In this document: piece by piece, positions 60,801-64,000 of the stretch
Layout: each line of letters starts with the position of its first letter
Position numbering within the stretch: the first letter of the stretch is position 1
Assembly: GCA_973895155.1 (NCBI GenBank)
Contig: OZ316899.1
Coordinates: forward strand, 5,521,241 to 5,585,240
DNA length: 64,000 nucleotides
DNA from: Marsupella aquatica
Taxonomy: Eukaryota > Plantae > Marchantiophyta
Direction of reading: 5' to 3'
Program-made: the position numbers and the translations under genes
The notes under the pieces: model-generated
Databases searched by the model: none
Seen by the model: the letters and a program-made list of their open reading frames with translations, nothing else
What the model was told of the DNA's origin: nothing

Positions 60801-63432
60801 AGGCAGGTCAGGCTCAGTCGGAGGCTCTTCAGTGGATAGAGCGGTACCGGGTTGAGTCTGTGTACCTAAAGGATGAAGTTGAGGCTCAAGAGGCTGAGCT
60901 TCTGCAACTACGACCCAAGGTTGCAGCCGCCGATGAGTTGTTAGCAAATGCGCATGCCCTTACCACCTTAGCCGAACAGGCCAAAGCCAAAAAGGAGGCG
61001 GAGATTGCACAGCTCCGGACCCAGGTTGACAGTTTGAAGAACCAAACTGTCATTTGGTAGAAAGACCTAGAGGAGACCAAAGAGCGGGCCCAGCGTGACA
61101 CTGCGGAGATTGCCACCGTGCAGGCTGAAGTGGCACGGATTCAAGCCAAAGCCAAGAAACAAACCCAAATGGTGGACAAGCTGACGAGCAACGCCCAGCA
61201 ACTGGAAGAGGCATGCCAGGAGGCAGCTGAGGAGACGGCGAAGCGAGAAAAAGAATCTCTGCTGGGCCAAGTCCAGCTCCTCAAGGCGGACAACGATAGA
61301 CTCTGTAGGCAGCGGGATGGCCGCTCCCACTCGGACGGCTCTGGCAAGCGCACCAGACATTAGCGGAGGGTTAGGCTTAGAATAGACTTAGGAGTAGCTA
61401 AAACAGGCTGGTAGGACAAGTGTCGGCCAGAAGATAGCGGCGCTGACACATTAGCCAGTCTGTGTAGAATAGGTTAGACTAATAGGACAAGCAGGCACCA
61501 GCTTAGCAAGGATATAAGTTAGCATAGATTCGGGCACGAGGCCAGGCCGGTCCTCAGCCCTTAGTATTTAGCGCCCCCCAGTAGAGGCAAGGGGAGGGGG
61601 ATTTTAGACTCAGAGGTTGGCCATTCGCAGTACGCGCGGGGAGTCCCAAACTCGGTGAAGTACCGAAGTGCTAATGGGAGGGTATACGACTAAGCTTGCT
61701 AGGCGAGTGCGGAGCCGGGCTCCGTTGTAGTGTATACTCCTCGGCCTTGGGCCCGTTTGCTCACAAGGTGTCGGTCAACCAATCGTAAAGTGTATGATCA
61801 TAAATGAATGAAATCCTTTCTCCTTAATTCCTTCATGTAAATCGAGATTTCTGTTATGTATGAACGCATGTATGAGTCTCGTGTGCAAGTATCAACGTTG
61901 GGCTGAACACGTTATGCTAACCGTGCACAAGGTGCCGGATACGGGTACGGGGTTGCGAGCCCGGGTTGAGCCCTTGTACTAATGGATCCGGATTGAAGGC
62001 GGTAACACAAAGGCTTTGAAGTCCGTGAGCCGGGGTCAACCCCGTGTTGACTAAGGTACGTTCTGGCGGCAGAACACAAACTATACCTAGGAGGTGTCTG
62101 TACATAACAGTAAGCGCACTTAGCGCTAGTTTGCGTGAGTTAGGAGCATTTTGTGCGTCCCTCCCTGCCCGAACCCTCATATTTATGAAGGATGTGCCTG
62201 TCTAAGCCAAAGCCCGGGTTCAGGTCTAGGCTGACAACGTGACAGGTTGGCCTCCAACAAGCCAAGGGCTGGTACATGAATAGCCTCCTGAACACTGGTA
62301 ACTACAACATTCAATAATTTCTGGATCTTCAGGTGTTTCTCCAACTTCTTCTGTGCAGCATCCAACTGGTCCACCAAAGAGTCAATCTTCTGTCTGTAAT
62401 TGAAGGCTTGATCCTCCAAGTCCCAGATCCGCTTCTTAGCTTGACTCTTAATCACCATGTCTAGAGTGGAAACAATAACAACCGGACTGCAGTTGAGCAT
62501 CTCAGCAACCGTCCCAACCAGATCCTCAAGTTGCTTCGCTTTTCCGGTTGCACTCTCCACGAAAGTCTGGACATGCTCCAGCTCTGCTGATGCCGTCCAC
62601 TTTGAACAGGGGGTCACGCCCGGAAGACTTCCTCTACTTTTCGGTCTCCGGATAGGTTCCGGATCTTCAACAAGATCCGGTTCCGGACTCTACACAAATC
62701 TCTTTTGCGTCCTGGGGGGTCGCACTTCCACAACCGGTTCTTCTTCTGATTCAGTCCCCTCATATGGCTGTCGATCCGGATCTCCAAGTTGAGCCAACAT
62801 GGCTTGATTCTCATACTCCTTTGCTTCTTCATTTGTAAGGATCCGGTCCATCGCGTAAATATTGGCTAGATAGCAAGAAAGGGATGTGGGGGTCTTCAAA
62901 TGAAGATTCCGGACCTGGTTGGCTATAACTTCCTCCAAAACTTTGGCCCAGGAAAGAAGTGGGAGAAAAAAGGACAGAACGTCGTAAAACTCCTCATTAC
63001 AGCATTGAGACACCTTCCAGCCATCTTTCGGGTCAACTTCTCCATCAAAATAGTTATCCTCAAAGTCATTCTTGGAGGTCAAGAAGCCTTCTCCCTTCAA
63101 AGGCACATCCAAAAGCGACGAGATAACTGTTGCAGTCCACTTTTCTGGTTTGGCTTGAATCAAATCCGGAAATTCCGAAGCAAGGGTTGTACGATTCCGG
63201 ACCTCTTTCACAAATACTGCACTCTGGTATCCCCATGGCAACTCCATCAACTTTTCACAACCCATGTCTCAAGGTTCTTCTGCAAGCGGTCCTTCCGTGC
63301 CAAATCCGTGGGAATCTCCGATCGTAGTGGCTTTTCATTCACAACGACTGTGCGCTCCTTGGTCGTCCGCTTTGGTAGCGTCCGGATTCCAGATTTTTTC
63401 AGGGCAAAATCCAGGTCCTTTCTCTTCACCAT
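57844..63432 (-). pseudogene. Element-Z ORF (bryophyte TE-associated 'PW...PEKWT...DPKDGW..C' family plus coiled coil), split by the R-B insertion
   Basis: LMELPW, KPEKWT and VDPKDGWKVSQC motifs. The reading frame rejoins as LLEAN|LIDKYLVT across 62249/58283. Confidence 0.7.
58289..62244 (+). mobile_element. Family-R solo-LTR-like element, copy B (3956 bp), containing the degenerate long ORF at ~58761-61363
   Basis: TGTGACGT...ACGTGACA ends and a perfect 5-bp TSD GGTTG. No internal terminal direct repeat, PBS or gag/pol. Confidence 0.92.
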
Positions 63433-64000
63433 GATTAGGAGATGGAGAGAAAGAATCCAATTAAAATCCCTTCAAAATCCAGAGTTCCCAAATCCAGAAA
63501 TCTCGATCAAGTCGCAAACTTCCCCTCTCAATCGAACGATCACCCACTTCCCCCGTAACCAACTTCCTTTCAACTAATGCCTCAAAATGGCAGCCTCGTC
63601 CGGCTCTAATCTCTCCTGTGATTACTTGCAAAAGATTTCCACAGCAATTCGGTGGTGTGAGGAATGCTCGGTCTGGCGGGGTCTTAAGAACTCGGTTGCC
63701 AACTTCCGGTCTCCGGTCAAACGTCAGACTTATGGTTTTAATATTCATTCTCCCACGCCTTCTCGCATGGCGCAACGGTGCCGTTACTTAAGAGTTTCAA
63801 AAAGTGTGCTATCCGGATAGTTCCGGATTTGATATTGCAAATTAGTTTGTTATGGTCTTTTCCGGTCAAAGGATACTCCGTTACCCACAAAAAGTTGGAT
63901 TTTTTTTTTAAATTGCACTTTTTAATGTCCTTAGTTATAACCATGGTATCACAAGCTCGCTACGCCTGCTTCCTCCAGGGGGTCTACTTGGTATGTGAGA

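Larger units (their letters stand above)
57034..63953 (-). mobile_element. Element Z (~3 kb net, rich in TCCGGA), host of family-R copy B
   Basis: Ends TTGATA...TATCACA. Removing it rejoins the element-X reading frame. No TSD seen. Confidence 0.5.
9681..64000 (-). mobile_element. Host LTR-like element X, surviving in pieces (9681-10541, 29732-30992, 54676-57033, 63954 to window end) split by later insertions
   Basis: Its minus-strand ORF reads across the junctions: ...NCGKY|TLPCLVTFLQMAGW (54676 to 30992) and ...EEAGVAS|FLWRERNP (63954 to 57033). The left TG start near 9681 is approximate. Confidence 0.55.

Noticed and set aside
63944-63956. TGGTATCA as a tRNA-Met PBS
   Set aside because: It continues CAAGC rather than GAGC, and is better explained as the terminus of element Z because the X reading frame resumes at 63954.

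Overview
Repeat-saturated eukaryotic (land-plant, most likely bryophyte/liverwort-type, by inference) heterochromatin built from deeply nested transposons; no ordinary host gene is evident. Left to right: the 3' end of an N4/N6 (beta-class) DNA-methyltransferase-like ORF (<1-454); a decayed L1 LINE (minus strand); a Ty3/Gypsy 5' LTR, PBS and gag; and a stack of TG..CA solo-LTR-like units, several carrying their own long coiled-coil ORF. Two complete, TSD-bounded CACTA (En/Spm) elements sit within this stack: 10542-29728 (TSD CCT) and 35187-51732 (TSD TGC). Both carry, upstream of TnpD/TnpA, the same ordered cassette of four intronless genes: a PHD-like finger, a stand-alone EDM2-type composite PHD module, a tandem BRCT protein resembling the DNA polymerase lambda BRCT, and an F-box-only protein. 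Their TnpA N-termini are also GW/WG- and RGG-rich. The best candidate for a new system is this transposon-borne chromatin-reader / DNA-repair / ubiquitin-ligase cassette, a possible anti-silencing toolkit. It appears to have been exchanged between diverged CACTA subfamilies. Homology calls come from motif recognition by eye, not from database searches.
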